DNA of 64,000 nt from a virus (Duplodnaviria; Heunggongvirae; Uroviricota; Caudoviricetes). Of the stretch, positions 9,775-19,955 are shown piece after piece. How positions within the stretch are numbered: the first letter of the stretch is position 1; each line of letters begins with the position of its first letter. The DNA is taken from the IMG/VR virus record IMGVR_UViG_3300045988_162656. One strand, given 5' to 3'. The notes beneath the pieces were generated by a model. That model saw nothing but the letters and a program-made list of their open reading frames with translations. It was not told the DNA's origin and made no database searches. The position numbers and the translations under genes are program-made.

Positions 9775-10368
9775 CTAAGCAGCCTTCTTTGATGGTCTTT
9801 TTTTCCTGATCACATTCGCAGGATCATACCCTCCCAGACTTTTCATGACGTCCAAAGGGATCTTGCTTATAGAGTGCCCAGCGTCCTGACAGAATCCTCG
9901 AAAAACAACGAGCATACTGCCACCGGGGTTGATGTTTACTTCTACCTGACCCAAATTGACGTCAGGCTCGACAAACGCTACGCGGCCACCAGACAGAATA
10001 ATCGTCTCATTCGCATACTCTGTTGCACGCTCATACCACTTTGTATCGAGGGATTGAGGAATTAGCATCACTGTAGTAACTCCGCGAGCCTGCTCACGTA
10101 TAGCAGCATCAATCCAGGGGGAGATTTTGGAGTAGGGTGGATTGAGGAAGGCAATTGTACCTGGCTGTCCCCATTCAGATTTCAAAGCATCACGCTCAAT
10201 GCCTATGAAATTAGGCAGCTTTGCGTTGTCCTTGTTGCAGGCAACGTCAACATCAAATGTCACTCCAAGATAACGTTGAATGGCAGAAAACAGCCAATCA
10301 GGTGTTCTCCAGAGGTCACGAAGAGAGTTGTCGCGCTTTCGCTGTTTGATTTTTTCGGCTGCAATCAT
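9775..10368 (-). CDS. phage-type DNA N6-adenine methyltransferase (Dam-like)
   Basis: WRTPDWLF motif and FLNPPYS catalytic motif. Confidence 0.75.
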   Translation of the reverse strand: MIAAEKIKQRKRDNSLRDLWRTPDWLFSAIQRYLGVTFDVDVACNKDNAKLPNFIGIERDALKSEWGQPGTIAFLNPPYSKISPWIDAAIREQARGVTTVMLIPQSLDTKWYERATEYANETIILSGGRVAFVEPDVNLGQVEVNINPGGSMLVVFRGFCQDAGHSISKIPLDVMKSLGGYDPANVIRKKRPSKKAA

Positions 10369-10550
10369 CTTCTTTCTCGATAGGTAAGCAAATACCTATT
10401 TTTGCATTTGATTTTATGTATGGCAATCAAATAAAACGCGCCAGAAATGCGAACAAGAAGCTCTCTGGCGCGTTTTTTTGGTGCTGGGTATGGGTTATCT
10501 TACCCAGCACTATAAAGCTCTCTATGGGCTTTATTTTCAGTAGGGGAACG

Positions 10551-11360
10551 TCATCCAATAGTGTACTCCGCGACAAACTTCTTAACGATCGGTGATTCTT
10601 CGTTCAATGTTAGATTTCCACCGTCTCTAACGGCAATTCCTGTAGCTGGAAATACAGCCATCATTTGCCCAGCCTGAGTTGACGCAGTGTTAAGCGGATA
10701 CGGTTTTTCTGGATTGCTCATTAAAGCAATCTTAATACTATTACTTGTAGCCTTCTTTTCTGTAAGAAGGTGTCTCATGGAAATTACCGTGTAAACACTA
10801 ATATCTGGACCTCCGCTAAACCAATTAAGAAGGTTTAATATCTTATCCTTCGCTTTGACAGGCGCGTTTTCGTAAGCGTCTAAGAAAATATCTTTTTCTA
10901 AGCCTGCTTTATTGAAAAACGAATCATCTTTATCACTTAAAGTAAAACTAGGACCTCTTGCAGCACGAGTTTTTTTATTTGTATTGCTATCATTTGACTG
11001 TTGAACTTTTAATTCATCATTAACCTCAACACAATCTTCAACCTCAATGATCCCCAACTGTTCTGGCTCATTTTCGGCAGCTTCACCACTTTCAGCGTTA
11101 ATTACGTTTATAGGCTCATGCGCTAACTCCAACTCATTTAAAGCAGAGCTGAAATCACCTGCTTTTTCTTCATTGAACAGTTCTTCGGCAACATCATCAG
11201 AACTCATGGCTACGCCAGCATCGAGGCCGAGAAGCAGATCGTCAATATCATCAGTATTTTCAACCTGTGCAGCTTTTTTTACTGGTTCATCAAGTGATTG
11301 CAACATGGCTGTCAGCTCATCCAGATCATCATTTGTCATTACATTTTCAACCGAACTCAT
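10551..11360 (-). CDS. hypothetical protein with strongly acidic N-terminal half
   Basis: ORF track; N-terminal ~110 aa very rich in D/E; SD GAAGGAGA upstream. Confidence 0.55.
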   Translation of the reverse strand: MSSVENVMTNDDLDELTAMLQSLDEPVKKAAQVENTDDIDDLLLGLDAGVAMSSDDVAEELFNEEKAGDFSSALNELELAHEPINVINAESGEAAENEPEQLGIIEVEDCVEVNDELKVQQSNDSNTNKKTRAARGPSFTLSDKDDSFFNKAGLEKDIFLDAYENAPVKAKDKILNLLNWFSGGPDISVYTVISMRHLLTEKKATSNSIKIALMSNPEKPYPLNTASTQAGQMMAVFPATGIAVRDGGNLTLNEESPIVKKFVAEYTIG

Positions 11361-11471
11361 GTAAGTCTCCTTCTGTTTAGTTGCATTTGCGTTTCGATGG
11401 CTACATTTTGACTAAACCTATCAGGCGGAAAAGTATTAAATACAGGCAGGAAATGATTGAAAGGCGACTGT

Positions 11472-11516
11472 TCTTTAAAAGAAAGCCTGCTTCAAACTCT
11501 CTTTAAAGCAGGCTTT
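11472..11516 (-). terminator. rho-independent terminator after exonuclease gene
   Basis: 10-bp stem AAGCCTGCTT/AAGCAGGCTT followed on minus strand by TCTTTT. Confidence 0.6.
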
Positions 11517-11520
11517 TGTT

Positions 11521-12078
11521 TTACACAGTTTCAGAGGGTAATTTAAAAAATCCGTATTTATTACGTGCCTTAAAGAAGCATTGCATCATTAAGTTTGTGT
11601 CATATAAGGCACTATGTGCTTTGGCATGATCGTATATAAAGCCAAGAGAGAAGGCCAATTCTTCAAGGCGAGGACGTTTACCGTCTTCTGTGGCCCACAA
11701 TCCCGATAACATAGTATCTATAACGGGAACGTCTGGCAGTCTTACTCCATACCCTGAAAACTCGTGTCTAATAAATGGTATATCAAACGCTTCGCCGTTA
11801 TGAGCAACCCACGCACTACATGCCTCCATATAAGCGCCAATTTCGCTAGCATGATTTGACAACAAAGGTTCAGCTGCGAGCTGTTCTAATGAAATGCCAT
11901 GAACGGCTTGAGCTTTCGGATCTATGTTTCTGCGAGGGTTAAAACGCATCTCCAGACTATCAATATGTCTCTGTGTCTCCAGTTCATAGCGGGTAATTGC
12001 GATTTCAATAATTTTATGACCAGCAAGGAAATCCAGTCCCGTAGACTCGATATCGATGCCTGCAACAATCGTTGTCAT
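11521..12078 (-). CDS. DnaQ-like 3'-5' exonuclease (DEDDh family)
   Basis: Exo I motif GIDIESTGLD, C-terminal HSALYD motif; SD TAAGGAG. Confidence 0.7.
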   Translation of the reverse strand: MTTIVAGIDIESTGLDFLAGHKIIEIAITRYELETQRHIDSLEMRFNPRRNIDPKAQAVHGISLEQLAAEPLLSNHASEIGAYMEACSAWVAHNGEAFDIPFIRHEFSGYGVRLPDVPVIDTMLSGLWATEDGKRPRLEELAFSLGFIYDHAKAHSALYDTNLMMQCFFKARNKYGFFKLPSETV

Positions 12079-12087
12079 CAGAACTCC

Positions 12088-12507
12088 TTACAACTTCTTA
12101 GCGCCCTTAAGTAGTGCGCTACGTACAAATTGAGCCGCTTTTTTCAAAGTTTCTTCACTGGTTTCACAGACAATCGGATCTTTCCACTTACCTGACGCAG
12201 TGTTGAGAATATTGATTTGGTTGCTATCCAGACAAACAGAGATATAAAGCACCGTGCCACCAGCCAGCATCAAATGCATAGGAAACAGAGGCTTTTTACT
12301 GTCCTCACTGAACTGAGACATGGCGATGTTAATGGCTTCACCTACTTGTGCGCCAACAAGCCCCTGCGCAGTTTCGAATATGGCACGAATAGCCAGACGA
12401 GCCTCTCGATCGCTCATAAGCGACCGGGAATGTTCGTCCGCTACACGAATCAAAGCCTCTGTTGTTTTCCGATCCAGTTCATCTTCAAGCAACATTTCAC
12501 TAAACAT
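12088..12507 (-). CDS. hypothetical protein
   Basis: ORF track; SD TTAAGGATAAAAA upstream. Confidence 0.5.
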   Translation of the reverse strand: MFSEMLLEDELDRKTTEALIRVADEHSRSLMSDREARLAIRAIFETAQGLVGAQVGEAINIAMSQFSEDSKKPLFPMHLMLAGGTVLYISVCLDSNQINILNTASGKWKDPIVCETSEETLKKAAQFVRSALLKGAKKL

Positions 12508-12568
12508 TTTTTATCCTTAACCCATTTTGAGAGTTTTATTGTCGCAATGTCGAAGAGGCGAACAATTT

Positions 12569-13213
12569 CTAATGAACGGTCACTCGACCACAGAACCGGT
12601 TTTCTATCTTTTCTACAGCGTTATCTAGCATTCTCATCACTGATCTGGCTCTTGCTTCAACCGTGCGATATCGGTTGGAAACGACGAAGGTTTGCAGATC
12701 CCCCCTTTGCGGATGCAGGTGAATTTTTGTCAGTTCCCCGCACATCAACGCATCAATACGAGCGACATACAGACGGTCTAATGATGCTCGTTGTGATCGC
12801 AAGTAATCTCGCTCTGAGAGAGCGACTCCCGGGCGTAGGCCAGCAATGGCGTTAAAGTTTGAAATAGCAGTTTTGTGGCAAAACTTTTCGATATCGAGGG
12901 CTAACTCAATACATCGATCTTCATTGGTATGGCCGACCAAATCCAACGTGTAGGCCATAACATCAGCAGGTGTGCGATCGATAACAAAGCCTTCAACACC
13001 ACGCGTAAGTAGCTCTATATGCTTTGCGATTTCCATTTGAATCTGAAGCCGCTCATATAGAGGCATAGACTCACCTACTCGAACACCGAGTCGGCTCATC
13101 AAACTTCCGACACCAGCATCCACGTAAGGGATTCCGTAATGTTTGTCGATATATTTTGCCAGGGTTGTTTTCCCACTGCCCTGAGCACCAGTGATCCCAA
13201 TCCGGTAATCCAT
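12569..13213 (-). CDS. P-loop nucleotide kinase (possible dNMP kinase)
   Basis: Walker A GITGAQGSGKTTLAKY at N-terminus; sits in nucleotide-metabolism cluster. Confidence 0.6.
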   Translation of the reverse strand: MDYRIGITGAQGSGKTTLAKYIDKHYGIPYVDAGVGSLMSRLGVRVGESMPLYERLQIQMEIAKHIELLTRGVEGFVIDRTPADVMAYTLDLVGHTNEDRCIELALDIEKFCHKTAISNFNAIAGLRPGVALSERDYLRSQRASLDRLYVARIDALMCGELTKIHLHPQRGDLQTFVVSNRYRTVEARARSVMRMLDNAVEKIENRFCGRVTVH

Positions 13214-13689
13214 TACGACCTTCTGTATACGATCTGCGAAAAGCCAGGCTCTTCCTCGCTGGCTCGTTGGGTAAAAACTGTTTCAACAGGCACAAAGCCT
13301 AAATTACGCATCATGCTTGCCGGGAAGAATGCATCGGCGTTTGGCACATCAACGCCGATGTGGGAGAGCCAAATCTCTTCAACATGCGGCATGAATAGCG
13401 AGTAAATTTGTTCCCCGCCAATCACCCACACAAGCTCTGGTAATCGCAACACATCATCCACACCAGCAGGGTAGAATCCATTTGGTACAAAGCCATGAGA
13501 GCGCGTCAAAACGAGGTTATGACGCTCTGGAAGAGGGCGTTTGAGACTTTCCATCGTTTTACGCCCCATAACGACAGTGGCGTTTTTGGTGAGTCTCTTA
13601 AATAGCTTCAGATCGGTAGAACAACGCCAGGGCAGTTCGTTCGCTATGCCGATCTCATAGTTACGGCCAACAGCAGCTATCATCTTCAT
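13213..13689 (-). CDS. folA: dihydrofolate reductase
   Basis: 158 aa; MIAAVGRNYEIG...LPW...VVMGRKT pattern typical of DHFR; overlaps neighbours (ATGA / TAATG). Confidence 0.8.
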   Translation of the reverse strand: MKMIAAVGRNYEIGIANELPWRCSTDLKLFKRLTKNATVVMGRKTMESLKRPLPERHNLVLTRSHGFVPNGFYPAGVDDVLRLPELVWVIGGEQIYSLFMPHVEEIWLSHIGVDVPNADAFFPASMMRNLGFVPVETVFTQRASEEEPGFSQIVYRRS

Positions 13690-14087
13690 TTGCTCACCTC
13701 ATAGATGACCGGTCTATGATGAGAGTCAGCTAAAGCGGCACGGAGTCGAGGATCGTGCACCAGCGCAGCGATAAGCAGATCGCCTTTATGCTCCGCTAAT
13801 GTGCGCTTAATATGCTTCTCATAACTGGTGCCATTCGGTACGAGATGAAGCCAGTCGTAATCAACGCCAAAATCTTTCAGCCATCGTTTAGTGGGCGCTT
13901 CAAGAGTTTCAGAGCGGCTACTGATAAGCACCACTTCAGCCCCTGAGCGAGCAAAACCACGCAACATACGGCTGGTGGGGAAAATGAGTTCATCACCGGC
14001 AATGAGCTGGCCTGCATCCGTGTCAGGTACAGATTTACGATGGCTGGTATTTGCCAGCACACCTTCAATTTCGCATAAGACATACAT
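13686..14087 (-). CDS. hypothetical protein, possibly HAD-like phosphatase
   Basis: N-terminus MYVLCEIEGVL resembles HAD motif I but lacks the canonical DxD; start chosen for SD AAGAGG; alternative start at 14099. Confidence 0.35.
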   Translation of the reverse strand: MYVLCEIEGVLANTSHRKSVPDTDAGQLIAGDELIFPTSRMLRGFARSGAEVVLISSRSETLEAPTKRWLKDFGVDYDWLHLVPNGTSYEKHIKRTLAEHKGDLLIAALVHDPRLRAALADSHHRPVIYEVSK

Positions 14088-14100
14088 ACCTCTTGCCATA

Positions 14101-15204
14101 TCACACCGCCACTGGAACCTTGATCCACGGTAGAGGGTCATAGCCAAGAATCAGAATATCGTCCCATTTGAAATCATCCAGCTCAGACCATTCATGAGGG
14201 AAAATAACGACCGGATCTGAATGCTCTGGAGCCTGTCGTTTCATTAGCTCACACACACCTTCCATGTGGTTGTTGTACAAATGCACGTCAAAGCCAAAAT
14301 GCACAAATGCACCGGCCATGTGACCCGTAATCTTCGCGAGAAAATGAGTGAGAATGCCATAGCCAGCAATATTGAATGGCATACCAACAAAAGTGTCTAC
14401 GCTACGCTGTACGAGGCAGGAGTTGAGGATGCGTTTGGGGATTCCAAGTTCATCCAGTTCAGTTTCAGTAACACTGCCGTCCATCTCCAGATCGTATAGC
14501 ATCTTGGTGTAGATAGACTCATAACCGAAGCGACTGTGTTGAAGACCAATGTCAGTTGCCATCGTTAAACGGGTTTCAAAATCAAGCTCACGACTCCACA
14601 AAGAGAAGACAAAGTGGCAAGGTGGCAGTTTCATATCCTCAAGCTCGCCTACGTTCCATGCGTTAAGCATGATGCGACGATCGGTAGGGTTCGTGCGCAG
14701 TGTGTCGACAATACGCTGTAGCTGATCGATTTCACGGGACAGCACTACGCGATCTTCACTGATACCCAGGTATCCCTCGACTTTGTACCCGCGTTCACGG
14801 AAAGTAGCGATCTTGCTCAGATATTCACTATGGCTCACGATGCGGGTATCTTCCCATCGACGCCACTGCTTACCGTAAACCGGCCCCAAATCGCCATTCT
14901 CATCGGCCCATGCATCCCAAATCTTAACGCCGTTATCCTTAAGAAATTGGATGTTGCCCGTGCCTTTCAGATACCACTCAAGTTCGACAAGCAGTGGCTT
15001 AAGATTTACCGCCTTTCCAGAAATAAGCGGCACAGTCCCACCAGTAAGCATGTAGTAAGAGGGAACGTAGCAGGTGCTTAAAGTACCAGTGCCTGTGCGA
15101 TCATCAGTCTGCACGCCGCTTTTAAGCACCGTCTCAATAACTTTTGCATACGATGCGTTTGTTACCTGACCGTTCGTATGCTCACGATTCAAAAGGAGTG
15201 ACAT
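14101..15204 (-). CDS. thyA: thymidylate synthase (ThyA family, with two insertions)
   Basis: DRTGTGT, WDAWADENGDLGPVYGKQWR, active-site PCH, GMPFNIAGY blocks; 367 aa versus ~264 aa for E. coli ThyA. Confidence 0.85.
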   Translation of the reverse strand: MSLLLNREHTNGQVTNASYAKVIETVLKSGVQTDDRTGTGTLSTCYVPSYYMLTGGTVPLISGKAVNLKPLLVELEWYLKGTGNIQFLKDNGVKIWDAWADENGDLGPVYGKQWRRWEDTRIVSHSEYLSKIATFRERGYKVEGYLGISEDRVVLSREIDQLQRIVDTLRTNPTDRRIMLNAWNVGELEDMKLPPCHFVFSLWSRELDFETRLTMATDIGLQHSRFGYESIYTKMLYDLEMDGSVTETELDELGIPKRILNSCLVQRSVDTFVGMPFNIAGYGILTHFLAKITGHMAGAFVHFGFDVHLYNNHMEGVCELMKRQAPEHSDPVVIFPHEWSELDDFKWDDILILGYDPLPWIKVPVAV

Positions 15205-15275
15205 AAAACCTCACGAAGATAAGTAATCAATTATTTATCACGTGAGTTTACATTCATTGATAAAACAAGACCAGA

Positions 15276-15306
15276 TAGATAAAAAATGGTGGCCATAGGC
15301 CACCAA
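15276..15306 (-). terminator. rho-independent terminator (possibly bidirectional)
   Basis: Stem TGGTGGCC/GGCCACCA flanked by A/T runs on both sides. Confidence 0.6.
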
Positions 15307-15371
15307 AAAGAATAGTCGTTCCAGAGTTTTATACGCAAATCAAATATACATTAGTAGATAATCACCTACAA

Positions 15372-16241
15372 TTATTTTTTGATCATTCCGTACATTGCTG
15401 AGGCTTTAGCTTGCTCAACAAAGGAGGATAAATCGACATCACTATAGGTTGGAGACTTCAGAATCTTTCCATCGGAAATTCGAAAACCGATCATCTTATC
15501 GGTGCCATCAGCATGGCGAAATCCCAGGTCTGAAGAGTCGTATTTGCAGTTGGCCACAGCCTGGCGACGTTCCTCTACATCAGCAGGCCATAATTTTGTC
15601 ATGTTAGACCGATGAATTTCGCCAACCAGCTCGACTACATTGATACCGAGGAAATCAGCCAGTCGATAGGTCATCATGCACGCCACATAGATTTTGTTCA
15701 TGACACGGCGCAGTTCCTGAATCAGCTCAGAATCCTTAACAGTCTTGTTCTCAAGTTTATCTGCCAGCTCTTCGAGCATACATGACGCCTCACGAGCTTC
15801 CTGAAATGGCATTGCCATATCATCGAAAACAGTGTTACCGGGCACAAAAATTGTCTGCATAAAGCGATCAATGCTCTGTTCCTGCGTGTAATAGGTCATG
15901 CCGGTAGAAATACCACCTTTGATGGCGACCATCGTACCAACACCAACGTATAAAAAGTCGGCCATTGCATCCAGCAGTTGCTCAATATCCCCATTCATTG
16001 CAGCTGGAATACCTTCCACTACAGCTTCTTCATGAATCAGGCTTGCACGGAGACGAAGCAGCTCTGGTGTCGGCATAACGCGTCTCGGATGCTGGAAGAG
16101 TTCATGAAACTGATCGACCATCTTGTAAATACTTTCAGTAGCTACACCATGACCTTCATGCAACTCATATGGTTCTGGCTTAAATCCAATGAGACGATCG
16201 GTGGCAAGTTTCAGGTGGTCAGTCAGTTTGGTAAAGTTCAT
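15372..16241 (-). CDS. putative MazG-like nucleotide pyrophosphohydrolase
   Basis: Two helical EE..E/..D..F-type blocks (LIHEEAVVEG...DAMADFLYV; ELRRVMNKIYVACMMTYRLADFLG); start set at MNFTKL; ORF track 15372..16439 trimmed because it overlaps nrdB. Confidence 0.45.
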   Translation of the reverse strand: MNFTKLTDHLKLATDRLIGFKPEPYELHEGHGVATESIYKMVDQFHELFQHPRRVMPTPELLRLRASLIHEEAVVEGIPAAMNGDIEQLLDAMADFLYVGVGTMVAIKGGISTGMTYYTQEQSIDRFMQTIFVPGNTVFDDMAMPFQEAREASCMLEELADKLENKTVKDSELIQELRRVMNKIYVACMMTYRLADFLGINVVELVGEIHRSNMTKLWPADVEERRQAVANCKYDSSDLGFRHADGTDKMIGFRISDGKILKSPTYSDVDLSSFVEQAKASAMYGMIKK

Positions 16242-16318
16242 GCTAGTTTTGTTCCTTCTTAATTCTTGTGATCCATTGTGGCCCAGCGTTGCCAGGTCAC
16301 ATAATGCTTTGTATCGGT

Positions 16319-17461
16319 TCACAGGTCTGCAAACTGGCTTAGAGAAGCCTTGTCCACGGTAGAATCGATCTGACCTACCAGATATGTGCTTTGCTCTGCC
16401 TCTTGTGGTGCAATTTGCAGTGTGTCGGTTAACAACCACTTGTTCATCCAGACCAGCGGATCGGTGGTAACCTCTGGAAATAAAGCCTTCAGGCCAAGAC
16501 GATTCATAGCCAGATTGGTGCGGTATTTTACATAGGTCTTCAAAATATCCGCGTTTAAACCAATCATCGAACCGTCTTTGAAGAGATACTCGGCCCAGTT
16601 CATTTCTTGTTCGGCGACTGATTTCATGGTGTCGTAAATGACGTTTTCTTCATCAGCAGCAATCTCTTTCCACAATAAACCTTCGCGACCGGTACGCATG
16701 AAGCGGATCATGCGTTCAGTTCCTTCGCAATGCAGAGCTTCATCACGGGCAATAAAGCGCATAATTTTGGTGTTACCCTCAAGCAACTTCCGTTCGCCAA
16801 AGGCAAACGTACATGCAAAACTTACATAGAAACGGATCGCCTCAAGCGCATTAATGGACACCAACGTGCGGAAAAGCTGACGGTGCAAAGGATATGGCTC
16901 CCAGCCATATTCATTTACGTACAGACGCTCAAATTCCTTCTCGCCTAACGACTGGCGCTCGCAGGTCATCCCATAAAGCCTGTCATATTCAGCAGAGATA
17001 CTGATCGCTCGGTTGATGATTTCTTCATCCGTAACAATACCGTCAAAAACAATGCTCGGATCGTCCACCATGCCACGAATAATGTGGGTGTAGCTGCGGC
17101 TATGGATAGTCTCAGAGAAAGACCATGTTTCAACCCACGTTTCCAGTTCAGGAATAGAGATAAGCGGCAGCAGCGTTGCATTTGGGCTACGTCCCTGAAC
17201 TGAATCGAGTAACGTTTGATAACGGAGATTGCTCAGAAAAATGTGACGTTCGTGGTCCCGCAGCTTCGTGTTGAAGTCGATACGATCGCTCGAAATATCA
17301 ACTTCTTCCGGCCGCCAGAAGAAAGACAATTGACGTTCAATCAACTTTTCAAAATCACGGTATTTTTGCTGATCGTAACGTGCCACGTTGACAGATTGTC
17401 CGAGGAACATAGGCTCTTTGGTTGCATCATTAGCACCCAAACGGAACGTTGAATATGACAT
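16319..17461 (-). CDS. nrdB: ribonucleotide reductase class Ia beta subunit
   Basis: Colinear near-identity blocks to E. coli NrdB as recalled ([57 protein letters not shown]); start MSYSTF with conserved initiation region. Confidence 0.9.
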   Translation of the reverse strand: MSYSTFRLGANDATKEPMFLGQSVNVARYDQQKYRDFEKLIERQLSFFWRPEEVDISSDRIDFNTKLRDHERHIFLSNLRYQTLLDSVQGRSPNATLLPLISIPELETWVETWSFSETIHSRSYTHIIRGMVDDPSIVFDGIVTDEEIINRAISISAEYDRLYGMTCERQSLGEKEFERLYVNEYGWEPYPLHRQLFRTLVSINALEAIRFYVSFACTFAFGERKLLEGNTKIMRFIARDEALHCEGTERMIRFMRTGREGLLWKEIAADEENVIYDTMKSVAEQEMNWAEYLFKDGSMIGLNADILKTYVKYRTNLAMNRLGLKALFPEVTTDPLVWMNKWLLTDTLQIAPQEAEQSTYLVGQIDSTVDKASLSQFADL

Positions 17462-17527
17462 GTGTTTTTCCTTTTGCTTTTTGATGTGTTTAAACAAGTT
17501 GTTATCCTATTTGTTTAAACAAGGCTT

Positions 17528-17561
17528 ACAAATCAAAGAGAAGGTGGGGATACACCCCACC
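17528..17561 (-). terminator. terminator between nrdA and nrdB
   Basis: Stem GGTGGGG/CCCCACC followed on minus strand by TTCTCTTTGATTTG. Confidence 0.55.
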
Positions 17562-17566
17562 ATATG

Positions 17567-19882
17567 TCAGATTTTGCAGGCTCCGTCGCACTCATCTTCT
17601 GGCTCGACGGCTACAGCTTGCGTCAGTGGATTCTGCGGTTCGTCGTCATCACGCTTTCCTGCCCCATCTCTGGTGTTGTGGTAGTAAAGCGTTTTAACTC
17701 CCATCTTGTAGGCGAGAAGCAAATCTGACAGTAGCGTCATCATTGGGACTTTATCGCCTTCAAAGCGAGAAGGGTCATAGTTGGTATTGGCCGAAATAGC
17801 CTGGTCAAAGAACTTCTGGATGATCGCCACCTTTGTCAGATAGCCGCGGTTGTCCGGCATATCCCACAGGTATTCATACTGTTCCTTCAGTTTTTCAATC
17901 TCAGGCACGACCATCTTAACGATGCCGTCCTTAGAAGATTTCACCGACACCGGTCCACGAGGCGGTTCGATGCCGTTTGTGGAATTAGTGATCTGGCTGG
18001 AAGTCTCGCATGGCATTTGTGCCGTCAGTGTGGAGTTGCGAAGACCGTATTTTGCAATACGTTCACGCAGTTCTTCCCACGGCATCTTTAACTCAAAGTT
18101 GGTTTCGCCACTTTCGTCTAATGAAGAACGGTAATGGTCGATCGGCAACTGACCAATTGCGTACTTGGTCTGCTCAAACCAGTCACACTCACCTTTTGCT
18201 TCAGCAAGTTGGCAGCTGGCATCAAGAAGGTAATACTGGATAGCTTCGAACGTTTCATGCACCAGTTTATTACCAGCGGTATCAGAATAACGAATGCCAT
18301 TCTTTGCCAGGTAATAAGCAAAGTTGGTTACACCGATCCCCAGGCTACGACGAGCTTTGGCAGGCACTTCGGCTGCCTCCATCGGATAGTCTTGATAATC
18401 CAGTAACGAATCCAGTGCAGCAACGGCATAGAACGCCACCTCTTTAAGAGACTCCAGTGAACGGATGGCTCCGAGGTTAAAAGCGGATAAAGTGCATAGC
18501 GCGATCTCACCGTTCGGGTCGTCGGTAAATGCCAGTGGACGGGTAGGTAGGGTGATCTCCATACACAGGTTTGACTGGCGGACAGGTGCAAGAGCAGGAA
18601 TGAAAGCGCCATGCTCATTAATATGATCGACGTTCGCAATATAAATTCGGCCCGTGGACGCTCGTTCCTGCATCAGAGATGAGAACAGCTCAATGGCAGG
18701 TACTGACTTCTTGCGAATTGAATCATCGGCTTCGTATTTATGGTACAGCTTTTCAAACAGCTCCTGGTCTGTGAAGAAGGCTTCGTACATATCAGGCACA
18801 TCATGCGGGCTGAACAGAGTGATGTTCTCGCTTCTGACGAGTCGACGGTACATTAGACGGTTACTCATGACGCCGTAATCAAGATGGCGAACGCGGTTTT
18901 CATCAATACCACGGTTATTTTTCACCACCAGCAGACTTTCAACTTCAAGATGCCAGATCGGGTAAAACGCTGTTGCTGCGCCACCACGAACACCACCTTG
19001 CGAACAAGATTTAACAGCCGTCTGGAAATGCTTCAGGAATGGAATAACTCCGGTATGGGTGGCTTCACCATTGCGGATCTCGCTGCCCAGCGCACGGATA
19101 CGGCCAAAACCAATACCAATTCCAGCACGACGTGAAACGTAGTCGATAATTGCGGCTGAAGCTGCACTAATCCCTTTCAGACTATCGCCAGACTCAATCA
19201 GCACACAACTGGAGAACTGACGGGTTGGAGTACGGACGCCGGCCATGATTGGTGTGGGCAGAGACAGTTTGAACGTACTTGTAACGTCATAGAAACCTTT
19301 GACCATCTCCATACGTGTTTTGCCAGCGCAGTCGTCTTCCCAATTCTGGAACAGACACATGCCTACCAGCATATAGATATGTTGCGGCCCCTCATGAATC
19401 TCACCAGTAACACGGTTTTGAACGAGGTATTTGCTTTGCAACTGCACCGTAGCTGCATAGCCAAAAAGATCGTCACGTTTCGGCTTAATGTAATTACCGA
19501 GTTCTTCGATCTCTTCAAACGAATAATGTGTCAGCAAATCCTTGTCATAAACGCCCTTGTTAACGTTCTTGACAATGTGTTGGTAGAAGTTCGGATAGTC
19601 GTAACGACCGAAGGCATCTTTGCGGATTTTAAAAATGTTCAGGCGGGCAGCCACCTGTGAGTAATTTGGTGCTTCTGGTGAGATCAAATCAGCGGCAGAT
19701 TTAACCAAAGCCTCATGCAACTGGCTGGTGGTCATCCCATCAAAAATGCTGGCCGCAGCTCCCATTGCTACAGCGGATGCGCTTACACCACGAATGCCTT
19801 CTACGCCATACATTACGACGCGGTTGTATTTTTCTTCGGATAACGGCTCTGTTTGGCCGTTACGTTTTACGATGCTTATCAT
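17567..19882 (-). CDS. nrdA: ribonucleotide reductase class Ia alpha subunit
   Basis: 771 aa, colinear with E. coli NrdA across the whole length (PTPIMAGVRTPTRQFSSCVLIE, SCSQGGVRGGAAT, NLCMEITLPT, C-terminal CDGACKI). Confidence 0.95.
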   Translation of the reverse strand: MISIVKRNGQTEPLSEEKYNRVVMYGVEGIRGVSASAVAMGAAASIFDGMTTSQLHEALVKSAADLISPEAPNYSQVAARLNIFKIRKDAFGRYDYPNFYQHIVKNVNKGVYDKDLLTHYSFEEIEELGNYIKPKRDDLFGYAATVQLQSKYLVQNRVTGEIHEGPQHIYMLVGMCLFQNWEDDCAGKTRMEMVKGFYDVTSTFKLSLPTPIMAGVRTPTRQFSSCVLIESGDSLKGISAASAAIIDYVSRRAGIGIGFGRIRALGSEIRNGEATHTGVIPFLKHFQTAVKSCSQGGVRGGAATAFYPIWHLEVESLLVVKNNRGIDENRVRHLDYGVMSNRLMYRRLVRSENITLFSPHDVPDMYEAFFTDQELFEKLYHKYEADDSIRKKSVPAIELFSSLMQERASTGRIYIANVDHINEHGAFIPALAPVRQSNLCMEITLPTRPLAFTDDPNGEIALCTLSAFNLGAIRSLESLKEVAFYAVAALDSLLDYQDYPMEAAEVPAKARRSLGIGVTNFAYYLAKNGIRYSDTAGNKLVHETFEAIQYYLLDASCQLAEAKGECDWFEQTKYAIGQLPIDHYRSSLDESGETNFELKMPWEELRERIAKYGLRNSTLTAQMPCETSSQITNSTNGIEPPRGPVSVKSSKDGIVKMVVPEIEKLKEQYEYLWDMPDNRGYLTKVAIIQKFFDQAISANTNYDPSRFEGDKVPMMTLLSDLLLAYKMGVKTLYYHNTRDGAGKRDDDEPQNPLTQAVAVEPEDECDGACKI

Positions 19883-19887
19883 GTATC

Positions 19888-19921
19888 ACCAAATAAAGAG
19901 GGCCACTAAATATAGTGGCCC
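19888..19921 (-). terminator. hairpin with T-tract immediately upstream of nrdA start
   Basis: Stem GGGCCACTA/TAGTGGCCC then TCTTTATTT on minus strand; could be attenuator rather than terminator. Confidence 0.5.
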
Positions 19922-19955
19922 ATGTTAATAGATAAGCACTTACCTATCAATGAAA

